A stretch of 32,188 nt of DNA from Stramenopiles sp. TOSAG23-3 (GCA_900128585.1 LT642218.1:1-32188); one strand, 5' to 3'; positions 10,927 through 21,365 are shown, counted from the stretch's first letter. Numbers and translations: made by a program. The notes: generated from the letters alone by a model not told the origin.

Positions 10927-11671
10927 ATTGTACAAAGGCTTTGTCGAGCAACCGATAAAATAGTGCCCGTCGAGCGAGAACTGTTCTGCATGGGGCCACG
11001 CCCTTGCACCAATTTCGTAATGGCACTTCCACCTTCCTCGAGCTGACTTGTTGTCAACTCTGACTTTCACATCATCGCCGAGGCATGACCCACTTCAATA
11101 CAACGGAAAGCGGATTCTCCGAATGCCTTGCATTTGGCAAATGGGAGCCGGTCGTCGTGTACGGTTGCAGGGAGTGAAGACGGGTTTTCTTTTGTCTTTG
11201 TTACCTACAGAGCATAAACTATTTTGTATCATATATATAATATTTTCACACAACAAGACAAAATCATACTTCCAAAAAGGAAGAAAATATGTATTTTTTT
11301 TAGTAGTAGATGTTGTTGATGTGATTCTTCCGTCTTCTTGTAGTATATTGTTTCCCATTGTAATCCTTTATATTTGTTTGTTCATTTAATGACACTATTG
11401 GGCTATTAGTCCTCCTGTCTTATTATTATTTCCATTTTATTTCCAGTTATTGAGATCCTCGTATATTGTTCTTCATTTCGTCTTATTACTTGTTTCCCTT
11501 ACTATACTTATATGTACTTAAAATACGTACATCTTCATCATCTTCTAAGAACAACACCGATCATCCACATCACCAAACCAACAGGAACAACAAAGAAAGA
11601 AAGGAGAAACAATATATCACGCACACAAAATAGACTTCAGATGGTGGGCGCAGAATCTCATACGTTCACCG

Positions 11672-11718
11672 GTAAGCGTGTCAGAGTAACATCAGCATAC
11701 AGTCTTCCCACACACCAG
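11672..11718 (+). other. Possible 47 nt spliceosomal intron upstream of the HIG1 ORF
   Basis: G|GTAAGC donor and CACCAG acceptor. Removal joins ATG 11641 in frame to the HIG1 ORF (MVGAESHTFTEVQERINTMSY...). Confidence 0.4.
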
Positions 11719-11741
11719 AAGTGCAAGAACGGATAAACACG

Positions 11742-12053
11742 ATGTCGTACGACGACGAATCGTTTGGTGATAAATTCAAGAGAAAGTTCTCCGCGGACCC
11801 TTTCGTCCCGATCGGGTGTGCTCTGACTGCGGGAATTTTAGCCTCTGGGCTCGGGAACTTTACCAAAATCGGTAACAGACAAAATGCAATTAAGAGCCAG
11901 AAACTCATGCGAGCAAGGGTAATGATGCAGGGTATCACACTTGGATTTTTAGCATGGGGAACATTCATGGCCAACATGACCAAAAGCGAAAGGGAGGAAA
12001 AAATTCGAACAGGAGAAATAAAGCGTTACAACCTCGCGGAGGCAAAGGATTAG
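11742..12053 (+). CDS. HIG1-domain mitochondrial protein (HIGD2/Rcf1-like)
   Basis: KFKRKFSADPFVPIGCALTAGILASGL...SQKLMRARVMMQGITL matches the HIG_1_N pattern. First ATG is at 11742; a possible upstream exon lies at 11641-11671. Confidence 0.88.
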   Translation: MSYDDESFGDKFKRKFSADPFVPIGCALTAGILASGLGNFTKIGNRQNAIKSQKLMRARVMMQGITLGFLAWGTFMANMTKSEREEKIRTGEIKRYNLAEAKD

Positions 12054-12252
12054 GAGTGGTAGGAAGGGTTAGCATTATTATAACTTCCCTACGACAAGAA
12101 GATCACGTAATCTTACAAAGAGTTTTTCAAAAGCTTATGCACAAAGGCGGTATGATGATATGCTTACTAGAATTAAAACTTTAAGTCTCTAATTTACTTC
12201 CCTCGTTGTCCTTCCTCTAGTGCGGGTGAAACCCTACCTGCACGTGTCGATC

Positions 12253-13941
12253 TCACATAATAGGTGTCTGGGTACAAGCATCTCGCTTCACGTTATCGGC
12301 GGCAGTACTTGCGGTGTCAGCTTTCGCGGCTTCGCTCGGGGATGACATCGTTGCATCGTCATCCTCATTGTCTGCTTTTTCGGGCTTCAATTGTGAAGAC
12401 GTGCCGCTGCCGGCAGATGTATTTGTTGACGAGGTGGCTTTGCCAGGCATACTCGGGGCACCCCCTTGAGCGCTTTTGTTTGCCGTATCGATTTCTTGAA
12501 AGAAGGGATGGTTGAGGGCTTCTATGGGTTTTATTCGAGACCCAGGGCGGTAGTCCAACATGCGGTCTATGAGGTCCATAAACAACAAATAGTACTTTGC
12601 TGAGTGCATGGGGTCCCCTTGACGCCGCCCCCCAGGCCCGCCAGTTTCTACCCCCAATATGGACGACATCGTTCGACTCTCTCCACCACCGTACCGCCGC
12701 TTGCTGCCGGACTTCTTCTGTTTCATGGCGTAGTAGGGTTGCTGTCCCCCGACAACCTCGGCTGGCTGCGATGTCTCGGCTTCGCCGGGCTTGGGTGTTA
12801 CTAGCTCAAAAAACGTTTTTGTTTTGCTTGCTTTCTCTATCATATCTAAAGGCGGCATCCCACGCAGAGCCACGACCCTTGACATTTGGTCAAACTCGTC
12901 CGTCCCGTTAAACAACGGTTCCCCCGTATGCATTTCAACAAGTATGCACCCCAAACTCCACATATCAATTTCCACACCGTACTTTAACCCAAGCATTACT
13001 TCTGGCGATCGGTAGAACCGACTCTGGATATACGTATACATGCGCTTATCCGCGCGGCAACTGCTCCCAAAATCGATCAACTTGATAGCGCTGCGTTTTG
13101 GGTCACGCAGCAAAATATTTTCTGGCTTCAGATCACAATGAATGATGTTGATTTCTGGCAAACTAAGGAACGCCAAACACTTCAGGATTTGACGAGCGAA
13201 TTTCTTTATTAGGTTCAGCGAAACCCCGCGGAACCTCGTGTTCCGAAGGAGTTCGTACAAATTATTTGCCAGCATTTCAAATACTAAGCACTGGTGCTTA
13301 TGGTGCAAAAACGTTTCTTGAAGGCGCACTACGAACCACTGGTCGTTCGGGTCTTTCTCGTTTAAAAATTTTAATAGCTCAATCTCAGTCTTGGCCTGAA
13401 AGTAAAAAGGCCGTTTGCTTTTAATAATCTTGATCGCAACCTCGCAATTTTCCTTTATATCGAACGCTCGCACCACTTGGCCGAATGAACCCTTCCCAAT
13501 CTTTTCCATGACACGGTAACGATCTTGTATCACTTCCCCGACGATTATTTTGTAATCATAGTTTTCGTCATCGTGCCCGTCGTTATACAGGTTTTTTTTC
13601 TTCGCTTCCCTTTTCTTCTTGTAGTACACTTCGTTTATGTGCTTGTACGTCTTTATAAGGTTCACTGATAACTTTCTAACAGGGGCCTCCATCGGGTCCC
13701 GCGGTTTTGCCCTGGCGGCCGTGGTGGCACTGCTCTGTTTCGATGTCGACAACTTTCCACTACTGCCGGCGGTACCCTCGGCCACGGATGTTGCCGGAGC
13801 CGAACGGGCCCCGCTCGATCTCTGCTTGGTTGCCTGGTCGCCGCTCTTGTCACTATCATTGCCTTCTGAAGGCACGGGGGGAGACAGATCACTGGAAGGA
13901 GCTGCCGGATTTTCATTATCCCCCGAGTTGATAGAAGACAT
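12253..13941 (-). CDS. DYRK1: Class 1 DYRK dual-specificity kinase (DYRK1/minibrain-like)
   Basis: PVRKLSVNLIKTYKHINEVYY, DH box NDGHDDENYDY, GKGSFGQV, HCDLKPEN, IDFGSSC, activation loop YTYIQSRFYRSPE, and DYRK1-typical LGVETGGPGGRR. Confidence 0.92.
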   Translation of the reverse strand: MSSINSGDNENPAAPSSDLSPPVPSEGNDSDKSGDQATKQRSSGARSAPATSVAEGTAGSSGKLSTSKQSSATTAARAKPRDPMEAPVRKLSVNLIKTYKHINEVYYKKKREAKKKNLYNDGHDDENYDYKIIVGEVIQDRYRVMEKIGKGSFGQVVRAFDIKENCEVAIKIIKSKRPFYFQAKTEIELLKFLNEKDPNDQWFVVRLQETFLHHKHQCLVFEMLANNLYELLRNTRFRGVSLNLIKKFARQILKCLAFLSLPEINIIHCDLKPENILLRDPKRSAIKLIDFGSSCRADKRMYTYIQSRFYRSPEVMLGLKYGVEIDMWSLGCILVEMHTGEPLFNGTDEFDQMSRVVALRGMPPLDMIEKASKTKTFFELVTPKPGEAETSQPAEVVGGQQPYYAMKQKKSGSKRRYGGGESRTMSSILGVETGGPGGRRQGDPMHSAKYYLLFMDLIDRMLDYRPGSRIKPIEALNHPFFQEIDTANKSAQGGAPSMPGKATSSTNTSAGSGTSSQLKPEKADNEDDDATMSSPSEAAKADTASTAADNVKRDACTQTPIM

Positions 13942-16317
13942 GATTTCCCGAACTTCAAAACGATGCCGTGCCGGCCGCAGTATCTAAAAGAAGCCTCCCG
14001 CTAACTCGCAGTCCCGGTGTTGAACGACAGTGGGTGTCTCGGAGCGGGCGAGGCTTCGTCTCTGAGTTCTCACTATTGCGACAATATTAAATATTCTGTT
14101 AGCCTGGCGTATTAAATGAATTACCGTACGTGTTCCTGCTATCTCTATAAAAGAGTGATAATAAAATGTTGCCAAAATAAGTCCCGCTTCATCAAAGTGA
14201 ACACTCTTCATTACAATCAACGAATTGTACCTTGCCTTTAATTTTACTTTTCTTTGATTGAAGGAACGAAACCAGTGTTTCCGTTTATTATTTAAAAAAG
14301 ATGATGATGATGATTTATATAGGAATACAATGGGTGAATAATATTCTTTTTCGGGAAAAAAGTAAAAAAAAGGAGGAAAGAGGGAAGGAGGAGGAATGAA
14401 GAAGGTTTAAGGGAATAATTATTTATACAAAGTAATATTATTGGTCAGTGTATAAGAAATTAATATGGAAATAGCATAAGGAAAAGGAACAAAACACCAC
14501 AAAGGCATATATTCGTATTCTTTTAATTTAATATAATTGGGATTAATATAAGTATTCTTTACATTACAAAATAATGTCTATCTAATATCTTCATAGTACA
14601 AATATTTGTATGCTTATAATGTTAGAATCTCAAGAACATATGTTATTTCACTAACACTGCTGACAATTGTACTATACCTATGCAATTAAATTTTATATTT
14701 CATTGTTAGAACATTGATATGCGTTCAAAAAATAAAGTATAGATAGGACATCTTTTACATATATACAATATTGATAATAGGAAGCAAAATGACCTGAACA
14801 CCTTTTCCCTAATTCAGCCGGTGACAGAGAACAGAAACCCCCAAGTCTACTACACCAATGCTATTCCTATGTACATAATTTTGGTTCCGCACTTGATAGT
14901 TTTCCCACTTAATCCTATGTTATTAATATATCATATACTGTTCATAGCTAATCAGTGTAGTATTTAATTAAAATTCACTCTTTTCAGTAGGGCAGAATAT
15001 GCTAAGGAAGAAATTTCCTCTAGAATCCTAGTCTATAAAATCCCCGGGAAAATTATTGAGGCAGGGGATGATGTTCAATAGTATTGTTATGTAACACGCA
15101 ACATATGTTGGCTAATCTGAAACAATAAGATAGCTAAGAAAGTGGCCCCTAAATTTTCAAGAACTGTACGCGGCAGTAAGGAAACCTTCCTTCCTTTTTC
15201 TATTTCATAAATGTATACTATATATAGTAACTATTGTACAATAAGTACATATTCAAATTGGAGGAACCGGGGAGGATGTTGCGTACAGGAACAAAGCATT
15301 GAAGACAAAAGACAGACCCACGTCTTCAAAATATATAAGTTGCAGCAATTGTAAATGCATGTATATTTTGACAATGGTAAGTATTTGGGTGACGGAGTTT
15401 ATAGCCGCTAAATAATGTACACCGTATTTTCACTGTTATCTTTATGTATAAAGTGTACCACAAACCACAAAGTTCCAAAACCATTTCTTCTTGGAGATTA
15501 TTCATTGGTAGTTTTATATAAAGGTGTCTTTCATAACTATTCGTTTTGTATATTTAAATGATTAACGTAGTGTATAATATTGTTATATATCACACCTGTT
15601 CAAATATTGTATTTGATGTAAATATACGATTGTAGGAGCATATCAGGAAAATAAATTAGAAAGAGGAAAAGTCGTTATTTTTCTTTCTTCTTTTTTACAA
15701 TTTTTTTCTTTTTTTTATTCTGTATTATTATTGCTCGAGCGATCATCATTTTTAAGTTTAAGCCAGGCGAAGAAGCCACTACTTTCAATTCCATCTTCTT
15801 ACTTCAAAACTATAGTTATATAAGTGTATTACAATACTTCCATTTGATAGATTAAAAAATGAAGGTTAATCTGGAAAGAAGTAAAAACAATGATAATAGG
15901 ATTACACAGTATTAAATATTTTATTACTACAATAGGAGGGAGTACGGCAGTCAAAATTAAGAGCAATGAATTGAAATGAAAATTCATTAAAAGTTTATCG
16001 ATCCTTTTCCTATGTTGTGAGTTGTGACAATGTTAAATAACACAACTGAAAGAATTGAATTTTTTTTCGCTGTGCTGTGTCATTTATTACTCTGTGCTCT
16101 GAATTGATGAATAATTAACCGTCGTTATTTTATTATTTTATTTATTAGTGAAGTAAGTCCTCAGTCTTCATCATCGTCAGTTATTAATTATATTTCAATT
16201 TATTATAGTCTACCCTATGTATTACATTACATACGTGATGAAGTAATAATATTTATGTTAGACTACTTGAGACGACTATTGGTTGGTACCGTAGGTAACT
16301 ACAGTACATTCGTTTTA

Positions 16318-16473
16318 TCCAAGTGATTCATGTCGCATTTGAAAATTATTTTGGAAACCAACCCTTTTATTCGTTTTGTATTCTAATGTGTTTTGATAGG
16401 GATATTTATTACATCGGCATATCATTGGGTTGGTTTCCAAAGTAATTTTAAAATGCGACATGAATCACTTGGA
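16318..16473. repeat. 156 bp element with 47 bp terminal inverted repeats (MITE-like or long hairpin)
   Basis: Arms 16318-16364 and 16427-16473 are reverse complements with 2 mismatches and a 62 nt spacer. TTA lies on both flanks (16315-16317 and 16474-16476). Confidence 0.85.
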
Positions 16474-16817
16474 TTATTATTGATTCTAAACCACAAAAAT
16501 AATAGTCTTATACCTCTTTACCAAGTACGGTATAGTAGAGAAGATGAAGAAACAAAAACCAGATAAACAACATAGTAAAAAAGAACAACATACAACAAAA
16601 AACCCGAGGAATAGCTAAATAAATATGAACAAGAAGAAAGAAAGTATCATTTCAGCGATGATAATTTCTTATCGATTCGTCTATCAACATATAATTAAAG
16701 TAAAAAGAAGTCGACTGGAAACGAATTGAGATTGTTAGTACAACAACGAGCTCTCTACACGGGAAGAAAAGGATTCGTACATAGATTCTGATTTCAGAAA
16801 AAAGGTAGCATTAGAGA

Positions 16818-18026
16818 ATGGTTCCCGCACGTAAACCACCTCGAAATCCAGAAGAAGATGTTTCGTCCTCCAACGGCTCCGACGAGTCGGTCGAGTCGGT
16901 AGTAAGTGACGGTGACGTCGATACAACCGGTGATGTCGAGAGCAGCGACGTATCGGATATGGAAGCTGGGCAAGCAACGCCGCGAGCAATACAGGAAGTC
17001 GACTTGGATGGAAATCCACCGATGAACGACCTAGGATATGATGACGTTAAACTGAAGTGGTACCTTGGTATTCGGCTCTTCCAGACCCTTTTAGCAATGA
17101 CCTCTTTTATTGCTTTGGCGGAGTCACCTGCTTTTGGCGAGATGAAAAAGAATGCAACAACAGGCTTCCAGACTTCTCAAACGGTAGATAACAAAACTAC
17201 GATACAGAATGTCAAGAACAGCGGGATATGTGGTAGTGACGACACCGGTATCGCTAGCTGTTACAATATGATCACCGCGAGCAACTATTTGATGGCCACT
17301 GGCGTTTTGTACTGGATGTATTTGCTTCTGCTGATGCTTGCTCAAGTTGCAATGTTCTTCAACAAAGTCATTGTTGAGAACAAACGATTCTTGCAAGTTC
17401 AGATCGGTACTGATTTTCTATGGCTATTCTTCTCCACGACGTCTAACGCTGCTGTCGGCGGATCGTCTGGGGACGATAACTGGAGACTGTCCGTGTGCAT
17501 GATGTTATTTATTACGTGGACGCAAGTTGGCAGTCTTCTTCTTGGCCTAAAAATTTGGTACACAAGAAAATTGATAGACGCAGGGATCTTGAAAGAGGCC
17601 GATCTCCGTGAACTAGAGGCACCCGCAAAGAAAGAAACGCCCAAAAAGGCCCATAAGAAGAAGAAAAAGAAGACCATCAAGGAGGAACAAAAAAAGCGGG
17701 GCATAGATGCAAAGAAATCGAAATCTGCCAAAAAGCCGAAATCTGCCAAGAAGAAGAAGAAGAAGAAACAGCCCGCTCCCTTGCCCGAGGAGGGCCCGGC
17801 AGAGGTTTCGCTAACCACGCTTGTTGCGACGCACTCTTTTCCAGGAAAAAACACGAGCGATTTCGTTGCTGGGAGAGATTTAGCATTTAAAAGGAGCGAC
17901 GTGCTCTTTGGAATAGAAATGAAGCACAATGGAGCTTGGTGGTTTGGAAGAGATAAAGATGGCAACGAAGGGGAATTTCCTTCAAATCGTGTCGCAGAGG
18001 TTCCAAATGCGCCGGAGACGTCGTAA
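16818..18026 (+). CDS. Four-TM MARVEL/CASP-like membrane protein with Lys-rich linker and C-terminal SH3 domain
   Basis: Four hydrophobic segments (LGIRLFQTLLAMTSFIAL; YLMATGVLYWMYLLLLML; IGTDFLWLFFSTTSNAAV; LSVCMMLFITWTQVGSLLLGL). SH3 pattern VATHSF...DLAFKRSDVL...WWFG...GEFPSNRV. Confidence 0.75.
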   Translation: MVPARKPPRNPEEDVSSSNGSDESVESVVSDGDVDTTGDVESSDVSDMEAGQATPRAIQEVDLDGNPPMNDLGYDDVKLKWYLGIRLFQTLLAMTSFIALAESPAFGEMKKNATTGFQTSQTVDNKTTIQNVKNSGICGSDDTGIASCYNMITASNYLMATGVLYWMYLLLLMLAQVAMFFNKVIVENKRFLQVQIGTDFLWLFFSTTSNAAVGGSSGDDNWRLSVCMMLFITWTQVGSLLLGLKIWYTRKLIDAGILKEADLRELEAPAKKETPKKAHKKKKKKTIKEEQKKRGIDAKKSKSAKKPKSAKKKKKKKQPAPLPEEGPAEVSLTTLVATHSFPGKNTSDFVAGRDLAFKRSDVLFGIEMKHNGAWWFGRDKDGNEGEFPSNRVAEVPNAPETS

Positions 18027-18139
18027 CTGAGAAAACTGGGCATTCAAGCAACCCCGCACCAAGGATTTAGTTCTACTATATAATTCTTTCTGCTCAAATA
18101 TAAACTAAACGGCAGCAAAAATTAAATTTTACTTTTTTT

Positions 18140-18267
18140 AAAACAAGAAAATTGGCTGTTATTTAAAAACAAGAAAATTGGCTGTTATATTTAAGTAATT
18201 AAATTTAGCTTCGTCGTACCCTAATTACTGCGAACTGGAACTCTAAATTTAGACATGTTCAAGGTTT
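18140..18267. repeat. 3'-flank repeat cluster 1: two copies of AAAACAAGAAAATTGGCTGTTA plus associated ~80 bp
   Basis: Exact copies at 18140-18161 and 18166-18187. The following sequence aligns with 26693-26753 and 26975-27004. Confidence 0.9.
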
Positions 18268-18293
18268 ACTTTTTCTTTACAAGAAAATTTTTT

Positions 18294-21200
18294 TCAGTTC
18301 AATCGAACATTGGTGGTAAACTGCAAATATGCAAAACAAACTGCACACAATACTGCAATGGTTGAAAACAAAACGCTTGGATACCTTGAGATCCCTTTAG
18401 GCGCATCTTCATCTTCCAACCTGCCAGATACGTTGTCCTCGACAGCTGTTGACGATTTGCCTCCTGAAGTTGCACCTTCGCGGGTTTTGAAATACGACAG
18501 GAAGTTCTCCCACTCAATTTCTTGATGGCCATCTTTATCCATACTTTGAAACACAGCTTCAAATTTATCGCGCGTGACACCTTCGTAAACATGCTGGGCT
18601 AAATCGAACTGTTTTGCAACGTTCTTACTTTCACGCAAGGCTTCTAGGAACTCAGTTGGTGTCAACAAACCATCATGGGTTTTGTTCATTAGGTCGAACA
18701 AGCTTTTGATAGATGCCTCTCTTCCCTTACTGCTAGAGTGCTCGTCAATTATTTTCAAAGCTCCCATTATCTTTTCATGAGCCTCCAAATATCTCGTGTG
18801 TTGATCCCTAATAATGTTTCCTGTGCTTTCCAAGGACTCCGTTTGTGATTTAACCAGCATAACTTTATAAAAGCTGGTTTGCGCTTTGAGTTGTGCCGCT
18901 ATATTGTTAGATAGTTTATCAAGCAGCGCATCACAGCCCTCTTTGACGGCTGTATGAATTTCGGACTTGAGTGCTGCGTTAACTTCGGCATTCAATTTTC
19001 GCCTTCCGCTCTCCATTTTCGCTTGTAACTGTTCGTTTAACCGGACCATGCGATCGTTCATGGAATGCTGGAAATGTTCAATACCTTCACACCTCTCGGA
19101 AATCGAGTCATATTTTGCAATCGTCATTCCCATCATATTTTCGATAGTCTCCATAACGTTTGCGACCAGATCATGAGCTGCCCCCTCTGCAACCTGGGTT
19201 TGTGAACGGACGTTTTCCATGTTTGCCATATTATTGATATTTAACTTGGCAATCATTTGCTTTATATCGCTTGTCGATTCCTTCATCTCGGAGCCCAAGT
19301 GGTGCCTGTTCGCGATTATTTGTTTGTCTAGTTCAAGGAGTTTTGCTTCCACAAGAGGCCCGGCAAAGTCACTCGAGATCGTGTTGTCGTCCTGCTGCCG
19401 CAATTGGTATCGTTCTTCAAGTAGCTGTCGCACTTCTCCGTGAGTAGTTGATAATTTCGATTCAAGATCTCGAGACAACTGTGATTTGATACCTGATATA
19501 TTTTCATTTAACGATGCTGTGGCACTCCCCAAAATGCCGTTGATGAAACCTTTCAGGCCATTTGTGTAGGCGGAAGCTTCTACTTTAATCTTTTCTTCAA
19601 TACAGGGTTTCAAACGATTGATAATTGCGTCGGCAAACTGATGACATTTGCTCGTTGAGCCCGTATCGTTCAGGAGGAACAACTTCACTTCCGCCAACGT
19701 CGACTCTATCTGCTTGTTACTAGTAAGAAGGTCCTTCGGGTTCCACTCGAACTGCGGCGCATTCAGTTTGGAAATATGCTCCAATACCTGCGTACAAATA
19801 GTGTTGGCAAGTGCCGTGCTGTCTAAATTAATGGGGTCCAAGTTCAACGCGTCCTTGCGTTCCACCAATGTTTGTAATGCTTCTAATTTCTTAAGCAAGC
19901 GTGCACTGGCATTCGCCTCCGAGCTGGTCGTGTTCAGTTTGGAAATTTCTTCTGAGAATCGCTTAGAAATAGTGTTGACAAGTGTTTTGGTGTCGAAATT
20001 AAGGCTGCCGACCTTCGAAACCTCTTTGCTTTCGACCGACATTTGCAAAGCTTCCAATTGCTTAAGCAAACGCGCGCTATTAACGACGCTTTCGCCTTTA
20101 TATTCGTCCTTGCTTTCTATTAATGCCTGTATATCATCGAATCGCATCATCACGGGTTCCGTGTCGAACGCTTTTGCATCCAATTTTCGCATCAAAAGCC
20201 CTAAAGTTTCTGAACGATAACGCGAGAAATCCTTGCTAAACTTTGTTTTGAGCTCATCGAGTTGGCTCGTTATGCTCTGATCCAACGAAGCCCGGTTCCG
20301 TTTCAGAAAGTTCTTTAGCTCTAAGTGCCGTTTTCGAGAATGATTGAGCGAGTCTAAATGATGCTTTTGTTCACTCAAGACCATTTCCTTCAGATCCCCC
20401 AGATTTGCGTCAAAAACACCCGGCGAATGTCTGTGCTCCTCAGTATATGCTAACAGCATCGAGTGAATCGATTCCAATCGCCCCGAATCCGATGACTGCC
20501 GTCCCTCCTTCTCTCGTTCGCGTACCTCTGGGATCGCTTGTAGCAGAATATTCCTCGACCTCTCGAATGCTCGTTTTGTGTCCGCAGCCGATGTTTCCAG
20601 TCTCGCACCTACGAATGCTTTTAACTCCGTCAATTTACTACTGATTGAAATATCAAATTGGGATAGCTTTTCCACCAAGTGTTTCGAAAGCAACGTCTCG
20701 ACGTTGCTGATTTTTTTCAAAACTTCCGGCTGCTCCACGCCATGCTTCAGTGTACGAAAAATGTCCTGTAACTCTTCAACAAAAACTAGTCTCTCCTTGT
20801 ACTGCAGATTCTCGTAGATGCTATTATGTTCCTCAGTTGTTCGAATGTTCAACCTATCTTCAATACTATTCTTGATATCATCCAAGTCCGTTAGGTGGTT
20901 ACTCTGCGCTACGTGGAAGTCCATTTCCGAATGAACTAAAATTTCGTCATACTCTGTGGGATGCTTAACTTCTGGAGTGTAAACCTGCAAATGCACTGCT
21001 CCATGCTCGTCGTTAGTGGAGTCTGGAGACCCAGTCCGGGTTGAGGACGGAGACCCATTGGACGACCCAGGGGAAATCTGAAGGGCACCCCTCGCGGTCT
21101 CTAAGTTTTGTGTGACCTGAGCAATGGTCTTCTGGAAATCAGTCAAAACAAAATTTTCGCCAGAATTGCTGTCTGGAAACGATCTTTCCTGTAAAATCCC

Positions 21201-21365
21201 ATTTGCTTTGGCCAAATTCTGGGATATTTCTCTGTACATGGACCGCAGCTTATTTTCATTTCTCTCCGGCGCGGTTTTTCCCGTGGGTACAACTATATTC
21301 CCCTTGTCACTATTGTACCGGAGGGTATTTTCTTCCGACAATTCGATACCTGATGGTTTCGACAT
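18294..21365 (-). CDS. Large helical/coiled-coil protein with C-terminal EF-hand pair and tail-anchor TM helix
   Basis: An ORF of more than 1000 codons, with first ATG at 21365 (the track starts at TTG 21380). EF-hand-like loops NKTHDGLLTPTE and DKDGHQEIEWEN. Hydrophobic terminus VLFSTIAVLCAVCFAYLQF. Confidence 0.75.
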   Translation of the reverse strand: MSKPSGIELSEENTLRYNSDKGNIVVPTGKTAPERNENKLRSMYREISQNLAKANGILQERSFPDSNSGENFVLTDFQKTIAQVTQNLETARGALQISPGSSNGSPSSTRTGSPDSTNDEHGAVHLQVYTPEVKHPTEYDEILVHSEMDFHVAQSNHLTDLDDIKNSIEDRLNIRTTEEHNSIYENLQYKERLVFVEELQDIFRTLKHGVEQPEVLKKISNVETLLSKHLVEKLSQFDISISSKLTELKAFVGARLETSAADTKRAFERSRNILLQAIPEVREREKEGRQSSDSGRLESIHSMLLAYTEEHRHSPGVFDANLGDLKEMVLSEQKHHLDSLNHSRKRHLELKNFLKRNRASLDQSITSQLDELKTKFSKDFSRYRSETLGLLMRKLDAKAFDTEPVMMRFDDIQALIESKDEYKGESVVNSARLLKQLEALQMSVESKEVSKVGSLNFDTKTLVNTISKRFSEEISKLNTTSSEANASARLLKKLEALQTLVERKDALNLDPINLDSTALANTICTQVLEHISKLNAPQFEWNPKDLLTSNKQIESTLAEVKLFLLNDTGSTSKCHQFADAIINRLKPCIEEKIKVEASAYTNGLKGFINGILGSATASLNENISGIKSQLSRDLESKLSTTHGEVRQLLEERYQLRQQDDNTISSDFAGPLVEAKLLELDKQIIANRHHLGSEMKESTSDIKQMIAKLNINNMANMENVRSQTQVAEGAAHDLVANVMETIENMMGMTIAKYDSISERCEGIEHFQHSMNDRMVRLNEQLQAKMESGRRKLNAEVNAALKSEIHTAVKEGCDALLDKLSNNIAAQLKAQTSFYKVMLVKSQTESLESTGNIIRDQHTRYLEAHEKIMGALKIIDEHSSSKGREASIKSLFDLMNKTHDGLLTPTEFLEALRESKNVAKQFDLAQHVYEGVTRDKFEAVFQSMDKDGHQEIEWENFLSYFKTREGATSGGKSSTAVEDNVSGRLEDEDAPKGISRYPSVLFSTIAVLCAVCFAYLQFTTNVRLN
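18406..18721 (-). repeat. EF-hand module copy A (duplicate of 27215-27530)
   Basis: Ungapped alignment at offset 8809, with 21 mismatches in 316 nt by hand count. Confidence 0.95.

Noticed and set aside
15374-15520. Micro-gene made by a 28 nt intron after the ATG
   Set aside because: The intron is much shorter than the others seen here and the resulting peptide is unrecognisable.
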